A stretch of DNA of 64,000 bases from Squalus acanthias (lineage: Eukaryota): positions 28,768,001 through 28,832,000 of the forward strand of contig CM059438.1 in NCBI GenBank assembly GCA_030390025.1. Reading direction: 5' to 3'. Shown here in pieces: positions 38,095 through 52,600 of this stretch. Numbering within the stretch: position 1 is the first letter of the stretch; the number at the start of each line of letters is the position of its first letter. Under the pieces are notes generated by a model that was not told where the DNA came from, did not search any database, and worked only from the letters and a program-made list of their open reading frames with translations. A program made the position numbers and the translations under genes.

Positions 38095-38545
38095 CAACAA
38101 TAACTTGCATTAATATACGTCTTTAATGTAGTAAAACATCACAAGGCGCTTCAAAGGAGCATTATGAATAAAAATTTGACACCGAGTCACATATGGTGAT
38201 ATTAGGGCAGATATTCAAAGAGGTAGGTTTTAAGGAGCGTCTTAAAGGAGGAAAGAGGGGTAGAGAGGTGGAGAGGTTTAGGCAGGGAATTCCAGAGCTT
38301 GGGGCCTTGGCAGCTGAAGGCACGGCCACCAATGGTGGAGTGATTATAATCGGGGATGCGCAAGAGGCTAGAATTGGAGGACCGCAGATACCTCAGAGGG
38401 TTGTAGGGCTGGAGGAGTTTACAGAGATAGAAAGGGGGGTGAGACCATGGAGGGATTTGAAAACAAGGATGAGTATTTTAAAATTAAAGCGTTGCTCAAC
38501 CGAGAGTCAATGTAGGTCAGCAAGCACAGGGGTGATGGGTGAACA
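38095..38545 (-). mobile_element. L2-type LINE 3' fragment
   Basis: Tail caacaataacttgcattaatatac...aaggcgcttca. The minus strand reads as an L2-like ORF end (WNSLP). Family assignment from recall. Confidence 0.65.
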
Positions 38546-38676
38546 TAATATCAACATAATATTATTCTATGCTCAAAACTATTAAGGACGCGACTGCTGC
38601 CAGCAAATCGGAAGCAGTTTGCGCATGTGCGCTGCCGGTTTGCCCCGGGAGCGGGTTTGTTAAAAAAAAAATTTAA

Positions 38677-38850
38677 AGCTGGGAAGGGAGCGAGCTGGTG
38701 AAAAAGCCGGGAAGGGAGCGGGCTGGTGAAAAAGCCGGGAAGGGAGTGAGCTGGTGACAAAGCCGGGAAGGGAGCGGGTTGGTGAAAAAGCTGGGAAGCC
38801 GGGAAAGGAGCGAGCTGGTGAAAAAGCCGGGAAGCCGGGAAGGGAGCAAG
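38677..38850 (+). repeat. Minisatellite of ~28-bp unit (gctggtgaaaaagccgggaagggagcga), about 5-6 copies
   Basis: Tandem degenerate units are directly visible. Confidence 0.85.
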
Positions 38851-39422
38851 CTTGTTAGCGTGATCGTTTTTAAAAAAGCAGAAACATCATGCTTCCGGTT
38901 GTTGGAGTGTGCAGTACACTTCTGCGCAGATTCCGGTTCGTTGGCAGCAGTCACTTCAAACTAGTAAATATATCTTATATTCAGAATATTATTATCTAAT
39001 TTATTTTTGAAGTATGAACAACCCTAAGAGAGTGCAGATCTATCACTTTTCAAACTTGTATTTTTTTATCCAATCTAACAAACTATTAGTGGAGGATATT
39101 TAATGGTTCAGTACGGAATATATATTTGTCTTGTGAGTTACAAAGTCTGAGCTATTCCTGATTAATAAAGTCATGAGTAAGTTGGTCGGATAGACATGGC
39201 ATTGACTTTCTGCTTTTAGCATGAATTGAAAAGTAACAACAAACAAGTTAATTAAAATGTTACTGAATTTTAATAGAAACATTATAAGTGCATGGGACAT
39301 TTCAGTATTCCAGAAGTCCTGTGAACTTTCTTTCATCTATCATTTGAAGCATTTTGGAAAGTGCTAATCAGGTTACAGGTCACAAAATTTGTTACCGCCA
39401 CACTTGTGTTTTTTAAACACAT

Positions 39423-41207
39423 GGGCCGCAATTTTGCCAGCGCTCAGAGGGCGGGATCGGAGGCGGGTCAGCTGTTAAATTCAAAATGATTGACAGTGGG
39501 TTGGGAACCCTCCGTGAACCCGTCTCCATGTAAGTTTCCAAAAGTGTCGGGTCTGCGATTTCAGAACTGACCCAACACCAAGCGGCGGGGGAGGCATTTA
39601 AGATTCGTAACTGCTTGTTACGTGCTTGTTTACTACTATTTTGCCAGCTTTTTTTTATTTTCCCACATTTTTAACGGGGTTCCCGTCGTTCGGAGATCAC
39701 GTCAGGTAAGTAGGTTGCGTTCTCTATGTCTCCCCATTACTGTGAATAGGTGACAGCTGCAAAGGTGGTATGAAAGCTCCCATTTCACAGCTGGTCACTT
39801 TCCAATGTCAGAAGCTTGAGCCTTCAGGACTTGGAAGACACTTTTGAGCTGTGTGCAGTTTGGAAGTGTTTGGAGTAAACTCTCTATCCACTGTCACCTC
39901 CTTGGAGCAAGCTCTCACCATTGACAGATCGCTTCTGTCATCTCAACTTCAGCTGCCATCTATTCCAGCAACATCCAGCCCTTGAAAAAATCTCACCTTG
40001 GTCCTCTGAATCCCTCCATGATCAGCCCCAACATCAACATCACCAGGCACACCAACATCACCAACAACAACACCAACCTTCTTTGCAATCATCTGATGCT
40101 GCACAGGACCCAGAGCATCAGCACCCGACAACATTGCTGCCCGGGAGGCCAGTGATGGCATCACCATGGCCAGATTTACTTCACTTGACACTGTACACCC
40201 TGGCTGCCACATGATGCGCCAGGCTAACACCACCCCACACCAGCACCATAAAGCATTCCTACAATGACCAAGCCATTCTTTTCACACTCATCACCATTGC
40301 GGGGGGTACTGTTACATCTCACCATTCACTACAACTCACTAAGACACTTCCAAAGGTGAGCAAAGATCTGTACAATAAGGCAAAGTGTTGAAAATAAAGA
40401 TTTCAATGTTTGACAACACATTAACAGAAAATTTACATGAACATTGCATAAGACATCCAATGCCTACCCTTGTGTGTTGTTAGTTGCTATGATTGGACTA
40501 GGAGAGGGTGACTGTGAGGGGTGGCTAGTGAGATGGGGAAGTGATAATGTAGATAGAGAGGGATGGGTGGAGGTGCAAGGTAAGTTGGTGTGAGTAAAGA
40601 TGTGCAGGAATAGGGTAGGGAAGGCAGAATGATGGGGATGTGATGAGTGGCACAGCAGGATGAGGTTGAGTGTGGCTTTGCAGTAACGTTTCGTGATCTA
40701 CTGAGATCCTTGAAAGGTTTGCGCCACGGCAGCCTGGTCCTCCTGATAACATCCCTGCTTGTTCCCTCCTGTGCAATGTGCAACCAGGCTGCATTGGTCT
40801 CCTGGGGAGGTCTCTTCCGCCTATGGGAAGGGAAGAGAACCTCCCTGCATGCTGTGACTCCCTCCATAAGCATATGAAGGGAGTCATGCGTGAGCCTGGG
40901 TGCAGCCGTGCACCTTTGTGCAGTGCTTGTCAGTGTTTGCAGCACCTCAATGCTGCAGAACACTGACAGCACAACTGTCAAAATGAATGTGGCCGTGGTC
41001 CCTTTAGGGAAACCGGCTGATGACTCGTCATCAAATTACATCATCAGACCCGCTTCCTTTTAATTGGCCGGGAACCCCGCAGGGCGGGCTTAACAAGCCC
41101 TATTAATGGAAATCCTTTTGCCAGAGCGGCTGCAGCCGGGAGCGGGACCAGAACCTGCCAACCACCTCTCCCGCCGTGAACCTGCGTCTGCTGGGAAAAT
41201 CCAGCCC
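39423..41207. mobile_element. Internally deleted Harbinger element with a Myb/SANT remnant (minus strand ~40680-40915)
   Basis: TIR gggccgcaattttgccagc / gctgggaaaatccagccc; APRLTHDSLHMLMEGV...AWLHIA...WRKPFKDL. Confidence 0.8.
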
Positions 41208-43310
41208 ATGATGTGCCACAAAATATTGCAATCTCTGCTGCCCTTTCTAGATCAGTGCTTGGAGTTTCTTCCAGGAACCTTAGCTCCTGACCCTGTTGAA
41301 CTATCTGGGAGGTTCAATCATTTTCAATTGGCTGACCGATGCCCGAGCCACATTGGGCGCATATTGGGTGTTCATCAGAAGAGAAGGTATGGGTAATACA
41401 ATGGTGGCAAGCCACTCGATCTTCAGCATAGCAGGCATTTTTTAAGTGCCAATCATCCCCCTTTATGTTTTCTTTGGAGGTCTAGCACAGGTCCCAGGCT
41501 TAGACCCCCAGATGTAAACCTCATTGTGCCTGGCATAACAAGTGGTGCAGTTCACAGCCTGGGGATTCTCTAATGTCACGGACCATGTTTGAGGTGGACA
41601 TAAGTTGCAGAAACTTTGAACCTGATGCTAGGACCTGAAGTATCTGGGTCACAGCACAATTTAGGGCCCTCTGCTGCACTGTCAGCAGACTTGTACTGGG
41701 AGGGCATTGCTAGATATGTGGATTTTCAACCTATATATGTTAGACAGGGAACTTTCCATTTCATTGTGGATGAATCAACATCAACACCATCCCTGAATTA
41801 TCAGAAAGAAGGAAAGATCTTGGCATTAGTTGATCTTCCTTGAAACAACACAACTCCATTTCCAAACATGCTTTTGCAGATTAATTCAGTGAACTGGATA
41901 TTGATACTGATGTTCCAACCAATAAGCCAATGGAAATCGCCAAGGAGGAGGTTCCCCTCCTGAAAACTTTGCAAGAAAAATATGCCAAACCTGATCACTT
42001 TATTACATAATAAAACAATTGCAATTGGTGTCACTGCTAGCAGTATGGTATTATGATTTGTCTTTAGTATGCCTACAAGAGTAGTCATAGAGCCTCAGAA
42101 CCTGCACCCAAGGACCTTTAACACCTTCCTTTGTGTGTTCGAGTGATAAGTATGGACATTCATATCTGCTTATATGGATCATAGATCATTGCTACCAAAT
42201 GGGCTTTTTCAAGCTAACTGCCATGGACTTGGACAGGAATTGTTGGTGGCGTTTAACTCAAAATCCTTGCGAGAATGAGAAAAGGAGCGCAGATTGGAAG
42301 TACTCTTTCTGACTCCAATTGCCAGCTGTGATTTTTCCCAAAGAAACTCAGACATGAAAATTAGTTTATCAGCCTTCTCAAAGAACCAATAAGCAATAAT
42401 AAAGTTATCTGGAGCCGAGTGGGAAGAATGCCATCCCCAATGATAAATCTGCCCCTCCAGGATGAACCAAAGGCTGCTTAATCATCAACAGTACCCAAAA
42501 CTACACAAACTTGCAGCTAAGATACTGTGTTTATCACAGAGGGTTGATTTGGTTCCAAGCTTCCATCAACAGGCATGTCATGTTGGAACCACCTCAACTC
42601 CAAATAGAACTTGCTTACCTTCCTCCCTTTTAGAAAGATAGTCACCAGTTTATCGTTAGACAACTGGCAATTATGGGTTTAAGCCCTCAATACTTGAACA
42701 GCGCATACCAGGAGTACCAGAAATTGTTACCATCTTCCTAAACATAGCATTAACACACCATACCACATTGAATTGTGGTTCCACCAGTTGCAGGCAGGGA
42801 GCTTGAGCAGCAGTTGCTTGCTTCTCTCCAACCCAGTCATGGTAGGTACTGAGCCCTGGATATATGAGCATGTGCTCGCACACCTGGCATCCAGGCAACT
42901 TCTTGAAGCAGATATCATCCCAAGTCCTAAGATTTACTCAGCAGCTATATTACTCACATCTGCCTTCAGCAAGGTGAAAGGACTTACAGCGAGCAGCTTG
43001 TGTCTTGCTATTTACCATGATGCTCTAGGTATTCAGTCCAGGGTGTGGGCTAGGCTTGCTTATGACCAACTGCTTAATTCAAGTACTCATGGAGGGTCTT
43101 TGGCAAAGAAGGTTGTCCACCATGAAGCTAACTCCTTCTTCAGGGTACAGAGTGACAAGTTTGTGCAGCCTGGAGCACTCCCTCCTTCTGTGCAATCATT
43201 TCCCCTTTTTACTATATTTTAACATTTTAATAAGAATTCAAATTAGGATGAGGAAAGAAACTGTGTCTGTGTCACCCTCTCTGCCCCCCTTTCTCTGTTT
43301 CTCACCCTAT

Positions 43311-44045
43311 GGGGGAAAAACTTGGTCGCGCCTCCTTTGGGGTGCTAACTTCGCCGTGGCGCTACTTTTAGCGCCCTGAAAAAGTTAATGCCCTCGCACC
43401 GTAAATTGAGTGGTAGCGCCCCAAGCAGGAGACGGGGCGCTACTGGAAGCACTCCCCCTCCTTCCTGAGGTGCTACCATTCAATATTGCAGCACTACGTG
43501 CAATAGTGCCATGCATGCCGGCACGTAGTGCCGTGGTATTACAGGCCTCCCTCCCCTGATTAAAGGGGAGGGGCCAAGCGCTGCACGCACCGGGACCCTG
43601 CTAGACCACTGGGGAGCAGGGTGCCGGGAAAACAGCCCGGCACTCAAGTGACAGGCTGACCGATCGCAGCCGGCACCCCACATGAAGAAGCGGGAGGGGG
43701 CAGGTGCTGGCAGGCGGCCCAAAATAAATGGCCGCCTGGCACCTGCCCTTTAATTTGCGCCGACGCGGCCGCAAAAACGCCACCCTGACCCTGTTGGACA
43801 TATCATCCGGCGGTAGGTCAGGGTGCGTGACCAAAGTTTGTGGCCGGGGCGCGAGTGGGGCGCTGCGCATGGCGATGACGACATCGCAGAGGCGCAGCGC
43901 CGCTGGGCGCTACCGGCTATTGCCTCCCGCTGAATTTTGCGGGAGGTGTTAGCGGCGCCGTGCCCAGGCACTAGGGGCTTTGCACCCCGTTAGCGCCTCT
44001 GCCCGGGTGCTAACGGGAGGCGCAAAGCAACCCAATTTTTCCCCC
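43311..44045. mobile_element. Harbinger MITE related to the autonomous element
   Basis: TIR GGGGGAAAAA(C/-)TTGG, TAT TSD, tagcgcc subterminal repeats; the right end resembles 9230-9297. Confidence 0.88.
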
Positions 44046-44678
44046 TATGTCTCACGGGTGTTGGTAATTAGAATGTTTACATATTCTGTTAGCAAAATGC
44101 AGGTGATAATCAAATAATACTTAGAGGCCTTTTCTGTTTGCTTTGAAAATTCAGTTCATTTGTTTTGTTTTTAAAAGCACACTCCAATTACAGGAAAGAT
44201 ACTCTAAGGCCAAAAATCAGGCTTCTGAGGTGTGCAGGCCAAGATCTTGGCCTGCACACCCTGTTGAGCCCCACTTGCAACCCTCCATGGACTTGGAGGC
44301 CAGTATCTTTCAGATTGCTTGGCACTCAGGAGGCGAGAGCTGATGGAGTTCCAATGGGGAAAGACATCCCATGGCCTGCCTTCTTCTAATGTCATGGGCC
44401 TTTTATAGGACAAATAAAACTTCCACCTGTCCCAAACCCCAGCGGGAATTCCTCTTGGTGTGCCTTTGGAGCTGAAATCTGCTGTTATAGTTCCCACCTG
44501 ATTTTCTGACCCCACCAAGCCTCTTCTGACCCCTTTACCCCTGTTTTGTACCTCAGGCCTCAAAGAAATTTCTAATAATAAATTCCTCGGCTTAGTGAGA
44601 AATAAAAATGTTGGTCGAAAGATTTTTGAAAAAGTGCTTGGAAGAATTTCATCAGAGACAGATCAGCAAGAAGACATT

Positions 44679-45423
44679 GGCCCAGAAATTGATCTCGCTC
44701 TGTTCCCGCGGGGGTAAGGAGCAGGCGCGATCTCTCACTCCGCGTTGGCTTTTTCAGATCCAGCTCGCACGAACTTGATGTTCCAGACATCAGCTGGGCA
44801 GTGCTTGCGTATCCCACCGGCGTAGTGAATTCGTGCGAGCTGTGGGATCACGTGACTCAGTTAGAGCCAATGGCAGCACACCATCTTCCATTCATAAGTT
44901 TCACATACGTGCTGTGAAAGCTATGAATCTTACACCCCCCCAAAATAACAGCTAAACCTCAATTAAATTAAAAAAAAAAAACATCACATTAATAAAATAA
45001 GTATAGTTAAATAAATTAACCATTTTAAATAAAAAATTAAATTTTTGAAAATTTTTTTAAATCTTTTAAAAAGTTATAAAAATAAACTTACCTGTCTTTA
45101 AAGTCTCTAAAAAAGATATACCTGTTAAAAAAAATTCAAAAAAATACTTAATTCACTACTTACCTTGTTAAAAGTGGGTCTTACTCCTCCTTTTTCCATT
45201 TCTAAAATCTTCTGTCCTTACCTGCGCGTCCAAAGCACTAAGTGCACAGCGTGCGCGCAGCCTGTAGTGCGCATGCGATGCACCGAGGAACCGCCCCCTT
45301 TTCCAAAGACCAAGTGCCGGTTTTCAGCGCATGCGCAGGGCATGCAGAAAACCGGCAATTGGAGAGAGAATACGCGAGAGTACGCAGTGCGTACTCTCGT
45401 GCAGCGGGATTAATTTTTGGCCC
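44679..45423. mobile_element. Harbinger-type MITE
   Basis: ggcccagaaatt / aatttttggccc termini, ATT TSD, and the ccggtttt..gcgcatgcgc..aaaaccgg hairpin shared with the 33646 family. Confidence 0.8.
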
Positions 45424-46789
45424 ATTGTAAGACAGATCCACATTTTTTATATACATACTGAATTCACTGCGGTCTCTGGTGAAATCAGAGAGATATAGAA
45501 TGAATAAACACTAGGCTTGGGAGCTGCTTGAGTAAATGAGGAAACAAAGAAAGAAGGACACAAAGAGAAGAGCCTGTGGGGAGCTGTCACAAAGAGCGCA
45601 CTGGAGTCAGGCAGACTTGTAGTGCAAGAAAAAACTACACACTGCTTTCAGCCAAAGGATGGGAATACTTCAGAAGTCTGGGAGATTCGTAGCTAGTCAT
45701 TGCGCAGAATTGTGTTGTCCTGTTTGTGGCTTTCCTGTTGTTGATTAATTTACTGATTCAATTTGGAGCCTGTAATTGACAAGTATGACATGTTGGTATT
45801 CCCATATTGGATGCCTGCCCCCATATTATCAGGCATGGGGAAAGCCTAAGGCCTTCAAAGTGCTGAATAGGTTCAACATAGCCTGATGCAGCTGGACAAT
45901 GCATAGAGCTCTGAGAACCTGCACAGAAACTGTGTGCAATTAGGGATAGGACAAAAATTGAATTTAGTGGGTCTGCCTTTAATGTGACTGGATCCTATTA
46001 GCAATGCTCCAATTGCACTGTGTCCATTTGGAGCAGGAGCTAAAGAGGAGGCCATATTAAAAATATATAATGGTAGATTTTCCTGCCAACAGTGCCATTG
46101 AGGTGCCCTGGGCCTGAAAGGAACCAGCTGGCTATGTTCCCCCCTCCCCACTGGACAATTTGTTGCATTTTTTGATGTAAGCCTACATTCAGCTACAGTG
46201 AAGCCTGGGTAATTCCTGCTGCATTACAAGTTGCAGCTAACAAAGTTGGGAAGATGGGAATCTCTTTGACTGTTCCCATGATACTACATGAATTGGATGG
46301 GGGACCAATTCTCGAGGGCACAATATATTAAGGTCTGCTGACACTTCAGGGTATGTTGCCTGCTATCAATACACAAAGATTTGAGATTACAGGTGCCACT
46401 TTTACCTGGGTATGTAAAAAGTGACCTGTCTTTGGCACCTCTGCTTTGCTGCAGAGGCAGTGACCAAGTGACCAAGCTATGCCCTGATGTATGCTGATTT
46501 ACAGACAACTTCAAGAGCTGAGACCGTACGTTATTGAGCTTCTGTGGAACAGGGGCAGAAATGTTGTCCTCTCCCGCATAGGTGGTAATCTGGCAAAGCA
46601 AATCACCCATAGGATGACAATCAGGCGGCTTCCATAATGGACAGATGATAAACTTCACCAAATTTTCACCCAAGTTGGTGTCGATGAAAATTTACCCCAT
46701 GATCACTTCAGGACACTGAAGGGAACATCTGTCAGGTAACCAGTCCACAGCTCATTCCTGCAACAAGAAAGTTACTTGCCACCAGAGAT

Positions 46790-46960
46790 ACCAGGAGAAG
46801 CACATCTATCACTTTTCCAGTGGATACCAACTGGAGAAGGCACAGTACTTTCGCTTATCTGGCAGGCTTCCCAGGGGACCAGGGCATTATAGATGGAACC
46901 CATGTGACTATCGGGGCACCACAAATTAACCTCAATGCGTACATCAACAGGAAAAGTGGG
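46790..46960 (+). pseudogene. Degenerate Harbinger transposase remnant
   Basis: ITFP...LAGFPGDQGIIDGTHVTIGAP...YINRK. Confidence 0.7.
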
Positions 46961-49663
46961 GCTTATATGACAGAATGGTGATGGGCTACAATAGAGGAAG
47001 ACTTAAATGAGTAATTTCAATTGCAGACAAAAGGAGATTGACACCCTCATGCTATAATTACCATCCAATGGTAGACATCATAAAATTGAATTCTGTAGTA
47101 GATGTTTGATTTATCATTCACATGCAGATTTAGCTGCAATAACACACATGTGAATTGAGATGTGAATGCAATACACAATCTACATATGTTGGTATGCTAG
47201 CTTTGGCCCTGTTGGGCAGTTACAATTGTTCTTGTTGAATGGGCAGGATACAAACTACAAAAAAAGAACAGTAATAGTGATAGCAAGAGACTGTTAAGAT
47301 ATACACATCTGGTATTGCCGTTTTAAGCCAGGAAGTCTCAGGTTATTGACTGTAATACTACAGTAAATTGCACAAAAGAAGTATTTCTAATTATTTAAGA
47401 ATAAAATGGATTATAAATGTCAAAAAAAGTGGTTATACAATTTACAAAATTGCTTGAATTTACATAATCAATTTTACCAGTACTATTGTATATTTGATAT
47501 CATGCAATATTATCATTTAAGCTACATTTTAATGAAGTTAAACAGTTTTGAGCTTTAGGGTGTTATACTGCAGCAATCTTTTTTATATGTGAAATTAGGC
47601 TCAAATTATTAAAGTTTTATTGGCATTCAACTCAGCTGAAATACTTGCTTGCTGAACAAGGATCCTGAACAGATCTGCTGGCTGGAGTTCCCAGTTTTAT
47701 ACAATTTGCAGTAGACTGAAATCCATATATAAATATATATAAAAATGCCAATATATTTAATTATAGCCAACAGTACAGAATTGTACAAAAGACCAATTGC
47801 TTAAGGTTTGATTTGATCTTATGTAATCCCATCCAAATTGGAACCAAAACTGTCCTTAAAGAGCTGACAAACTTATGAAGCTTACACAGAGTCACAAAAT
47901 TCTTGAATGTTCAAGGCACCTAAAATGGCCAAAAGTGAGACTGTTCCCCATCTCAACTCTACACTGTGCAGGACAGGGCAGCTGTCCTAGATCTAGCCTC
48001 TAATGTCCATTGATGTTCTTACCCACAAATGATCATTTCAGTGGATTTCTAAATATGGCTTTCTCTGAGATATCTTCAAATTGCAGTTGCCACAACCGAC
48101 TTCTTGAAACTATTGTTATTGTTATAATTACATTAAAATATATTTGCCATCCAAAATGGACAAAGGCATTCCGGAGGAGGTAGCCCTAGCTGTTTTTCTA
48201 GGCAGAAGTAAATGGAGGAGAACATTAGGAGGACTGTAAACTCTGAGGACTCCTCAGTGACTGCTGAAATGGGCATCAGAGGACGACTGGTTAATAAAAG
48301 TGTCCGATTAATGTATTTGTTACCATTGCCATAACTCCTTCTCCTCAAAGTTGAAATAAAGGAAAAATTCTTCAATCCAGTACCGATCATGGAACATCAC
48401 AGCAACTGAGGGCTGCCTCCAGCTGGTATCAGCTATCTGCCAGTTTCACACTGTTAAAGTAAAGAAAGGGGTTTTAAGGTTCTGCATACATGTAATTACT
48501 GTCAGGGGACATAGTCCTATCCTGGCAGTCCCTGAGGTCAGCAGCATCAGCAGCGGAAGGCCGGGAAATCGGATGGATTGCTAGACCCTGCCTCCCCATC
48601 ATCATTTACATATGGCAGGGCAGTGAAGGGGCACTTGCGGCTTTTCCTGCTAGGGTGTAGGAGGGGGAGTAAAATTTAGGTCGGGCAGGGATGTGGTGTT
48701 AGGCCTCCATCTAATTTTTCCATATTTTCTGTGCTCTACCATCCAATTTGGTCTAGATGTCTTGCATAAAGATCAAGATACAATCTGGCATTTCAATAAT
48801 CATGAGTGGAATGGTTCTATCAGCAGGCAAAGGAGGCAGGCCAGTCATTACTCCTGTGAACATCGGATTCAGCTGATCGTCTGTAAACAATAACCTTGAT
48901 GACCGCCCCCTAGTGCCACCCAAGTTTGGGGTGGCAGTCAGATGGGAAACGGGGCAGAGATCATCATGTCAGATTGCCAACCACTCTTCTGCTGTCACTT
49001 CTGGCAGCTGCATGTAAATGAGGTGGTGATAACGCAGTAACGTCATATGCCCAATTCCCATTATTACAACCTCCTTTACACAGAGCGTTAATCTGTGGTA
49101 TAAAACATATATAACAGCAGTGTAAAATACTCTGAAGACAGGAGCACCTTTAAAGGGACAAACTTGTACATCTCCTGGTGCTGCAAAAGCCTACTTTGCC
49201 ATCGGTCTTTGCCATTTGTTGAAGGGGTGCCATTTTAAGACACGACATAATTCCCCTCTATCATTGCTTTTTGAAACAAACCTGTAATAAACCAGCCAGG
49301 TGCCTGTGTGTGCCTAGTGCATCGTGCAATGTGTGCCAGGAGTGGCCACAATTTATTTCAGTGAGTTGACAGTGCTTTATAGTGCTTGGTCAGCTCATCG
49401 TGCTGCATGAGTGTACGACACCCAAACAGCAGCACTCCCACAGCCACTGCGCCAGGGACAAATAATCAGCACCATATTTTGTACTTTAGCATATTACAAG
49501 TAAGATGCATGTAACTGCTGCTTTAATGGACTGAAGAAATAGAACAATGGGAAAATAAGTGATATTATTTGTAGCTGTTAAGGTATATTTATTTGACAAC
49601 TGAAGTGATTCTTATCATTTATTGTGTGTTTACTATGAAAGCATGATTTGTCACAAACATAAT

Positions 49664-52600
49664 AAGAACATAAGAACTTAAGAAATAGGAGCAGGAGTAG
49701 GCCATTTGGCCCCTCGAGCCTGCTCTACCATTCAATAAGATCATGGCTGATCTTCTACCTCAACTCCACTTTCCTGCACTATCCCCATATCCCTTGATTC
49801 CCTTAATATCCAAAAATCTATCGATCTCTATCTTGAATATACTCAACGACTGAGCCTCCACAGCCCTCTGGGGTAGAGAATTCCAAAGATTCACCACCCT
49901 CTGAGTGAAGATGTTTCTCCTCATCTCAGTCCTAAATGGCCGACCCCTTATTCTGAGATTGTGACCCCTGATTCTAGACTCCCCAGCCAGGGGAAACATT
50001 CTCCCTGCATCTCTTCTTCTTAGGCAGTCCCTCGGAACCGAAGATGACTTGCTTCCACATTAAAAATGAGTTCTCAGGTGACTGATGAGTCCAATGCGGG
50101 ACCTACAGTCTCTGTCACAGGTGGGGCAGACGGTGGTTGAAGGGGCGGGTGGGTGGGGTGCTTGGGTTGACGTGCGCTCCTTCTGCTGTTTGTGCTTGGC
50201 TTCCGCTTGCTCCCGGCGAAGAGACTCAAGGTATTCGGCGCCTTCCCGGATGCTTCTCCTCCACTTTGTACGGTCTTGGGCCAGGGATTCCCAGGTGTCG
50301 GTGGGGATGTTGCACTTTTTCAAGGAGGCTTAGAGGGTGTCCTTGAAGCGTTTCCTCTGCCCACCTGGGGCTCTCTTGCCGTGTTGGAGCTCCGAGTAGA
50401 GCGCTTGTTTTGGGAGTTTCGTATCGGGCATGCGGACGATGTGACCCGTCCATCGGAGCTGATCGAGCGTGGTCAAAGCTTCGATGCTGGGGATGTTGGC
50501 CTGAGCGAGAACACTAACGTTGGTGCGCCTATCCTGCCAATGGATTTGCAGGATCTTGCGGAGGCAACATTGGTGGTACTTCTCCAGTGCTTTGAGGTGC
50601 CTGCTGTACATGGTCCATGTCTCTGAGGCATACAGGAGGGCGGGTATTACTACTGCTCTGTAGACCATGAGCTTGGTGCCGGGTTTGAGGTCCTGGTCTT
50701 CAAACACTCTCTTCCTCAGGCGACCGAAGGCTGCACTGGCACACTGAAGGCGGTGTTGGACTTCGTCATCGACGTCTGCCCTTGTTGACAGTAGGCTCCC
50801 GAGGTATGGAAAGTGGTCCACGTTGTCCAAGACCTTGTCATGGATTTTGATAATGGGGGGGCAGTACTGTGTGGCGGGGGCAGGTTGTTAGAGGACCTTT
50901 GTCTTACGGATGTTTAGTGTAAGGCCCATGCTCTCGTACGCTTCGGTGAAGGTGTTAACGATGGTTTGGAGTTCAACCTCCGAGTGTGCGCAGACGCAAG
51001 CGTCGTCTGCATACTGTAATTTGAAAACAGAGGAAGGGACGACCTTGGATCTGGACTGGAGGCGATGGAGGTTGAACAGTTTCCCGTTTGTTCTGTAAAT
51101 TAGCTCCACTCCAGCGGGGAGCTTACTGAAGGTGAGATGGAGCATTGCAGCCAGGAAGATCGAGAAGAGCGTTGGTGCGATGACACAGCCTTGCTTGACC
51201 CCGGTCCTCATGACTCTTCGGCTCACCCTAGCCCGGAACCAGTGTGCTACGGTCATCAGTGCGTACGCCCCAACACTGGAAGCCACAGACGAGACCAAAG
51301 AGGAATTCTACTCCAGCCTCAAACAATCCCTGTCCCAAGTCCCAACGGGCGACAAGCTGATCCTCCTTGGCGACTTTTAATGCCAGAGTTGGAAAGGACA
51401 CAGACCTCTGGGGAGGTGTGATCGGCAGAGAGGGGGTAGGGAAAGCCAACTCCAACGGTACCCTCCTCCTGACGAAATGCTTAGAACATGGCCTTGTCAT
51501 AACCAACACCTTGTTCCGGCAGAGAGACAAGTACAAAGCTTCATGGCAGCACCCTCGCTCCAAGCAAGGCATCTGCTGGACTATGACATCGTCCGAGCGA
51601 GGGACCGCAAGGACGTCTGCATCACCCACTCCATGACAGGAGCTGACGACTGCTGGACAGACCACCGCCTAATCCGCTCTGTCATCTCCATCAATGTAGC
51701 CCAAAAACAGTGGCGGCAACAGAAACAATGCCGCAGGAAAATCAACGCTGGAGCACTGAAAGACCCCTGCTAAGAAAGCCCTATTCAGCCTGCGCCTCAC
51801 AACCAACCTGACGACTCCCAGTGATGCAGAGACACAGAGTGTCCACAGCGCCTGGTCTGCACTCAAGGCCTCCATAACCAGCACCTGTGAAGAGACGCTC
51901 GGTCACTCGACCAGGAAACACCAAGACTGGTTCGACGAGAATGACTAGGAGATCCAGGAGCTAATAAGCCGCAAACGCAAGGCAGTCCAACAAAAAACTC
52001 GTGACCTAAAGTACAGGTGGCGGGTGGAGAAAGCGCAGGAGATCCAGCAGCTAGCCGACAACCACGACGTGCGTGGATTCTTTAGCGCAGTCAAGACCGC
52101 CTACGGCCCAAGCACCCAAGGTCCTACCCCACTGTGGGTCAAGAACGCAGAGGTACTCATCAAGGACAGGGAGGCAGTCAGTGCCCGCTGGGAGGAGCAC
52201 TTTGAAGATCTCCTTAACCGAGACTCTGTCTTCGACGCGAGTGTCCTCAACTCCATCCCGCAGCATGCTACCCGCCACCATCTCAGCACAACCCAGCTCG
52301 GCATGAGGTTGAAAAGGCCATCCGACAACTGAAGAACAACAAGGCCTCAGGAGCAGATGGAATCCCTGTCGAGGCACTAAAACATGGCGGAGAAGCACTA
52401 CTGGCGCGAATTCATTAACTCATTTCTCTTATCTGGATGGAGGAGAGCATGCCAGGGGATCTCAGAGACGCCGTAATTGTGACCATCTTCAAGAAAGGTG
52501 ACAAGTCCGATTGCGGTAATTACAGAGGAGTTTCTCTGCTGTCTGCCACAGGGAAAGTCATCGCAAGAATCCTCCTCAATCGCCTTCTCCCAGTGGCTGA

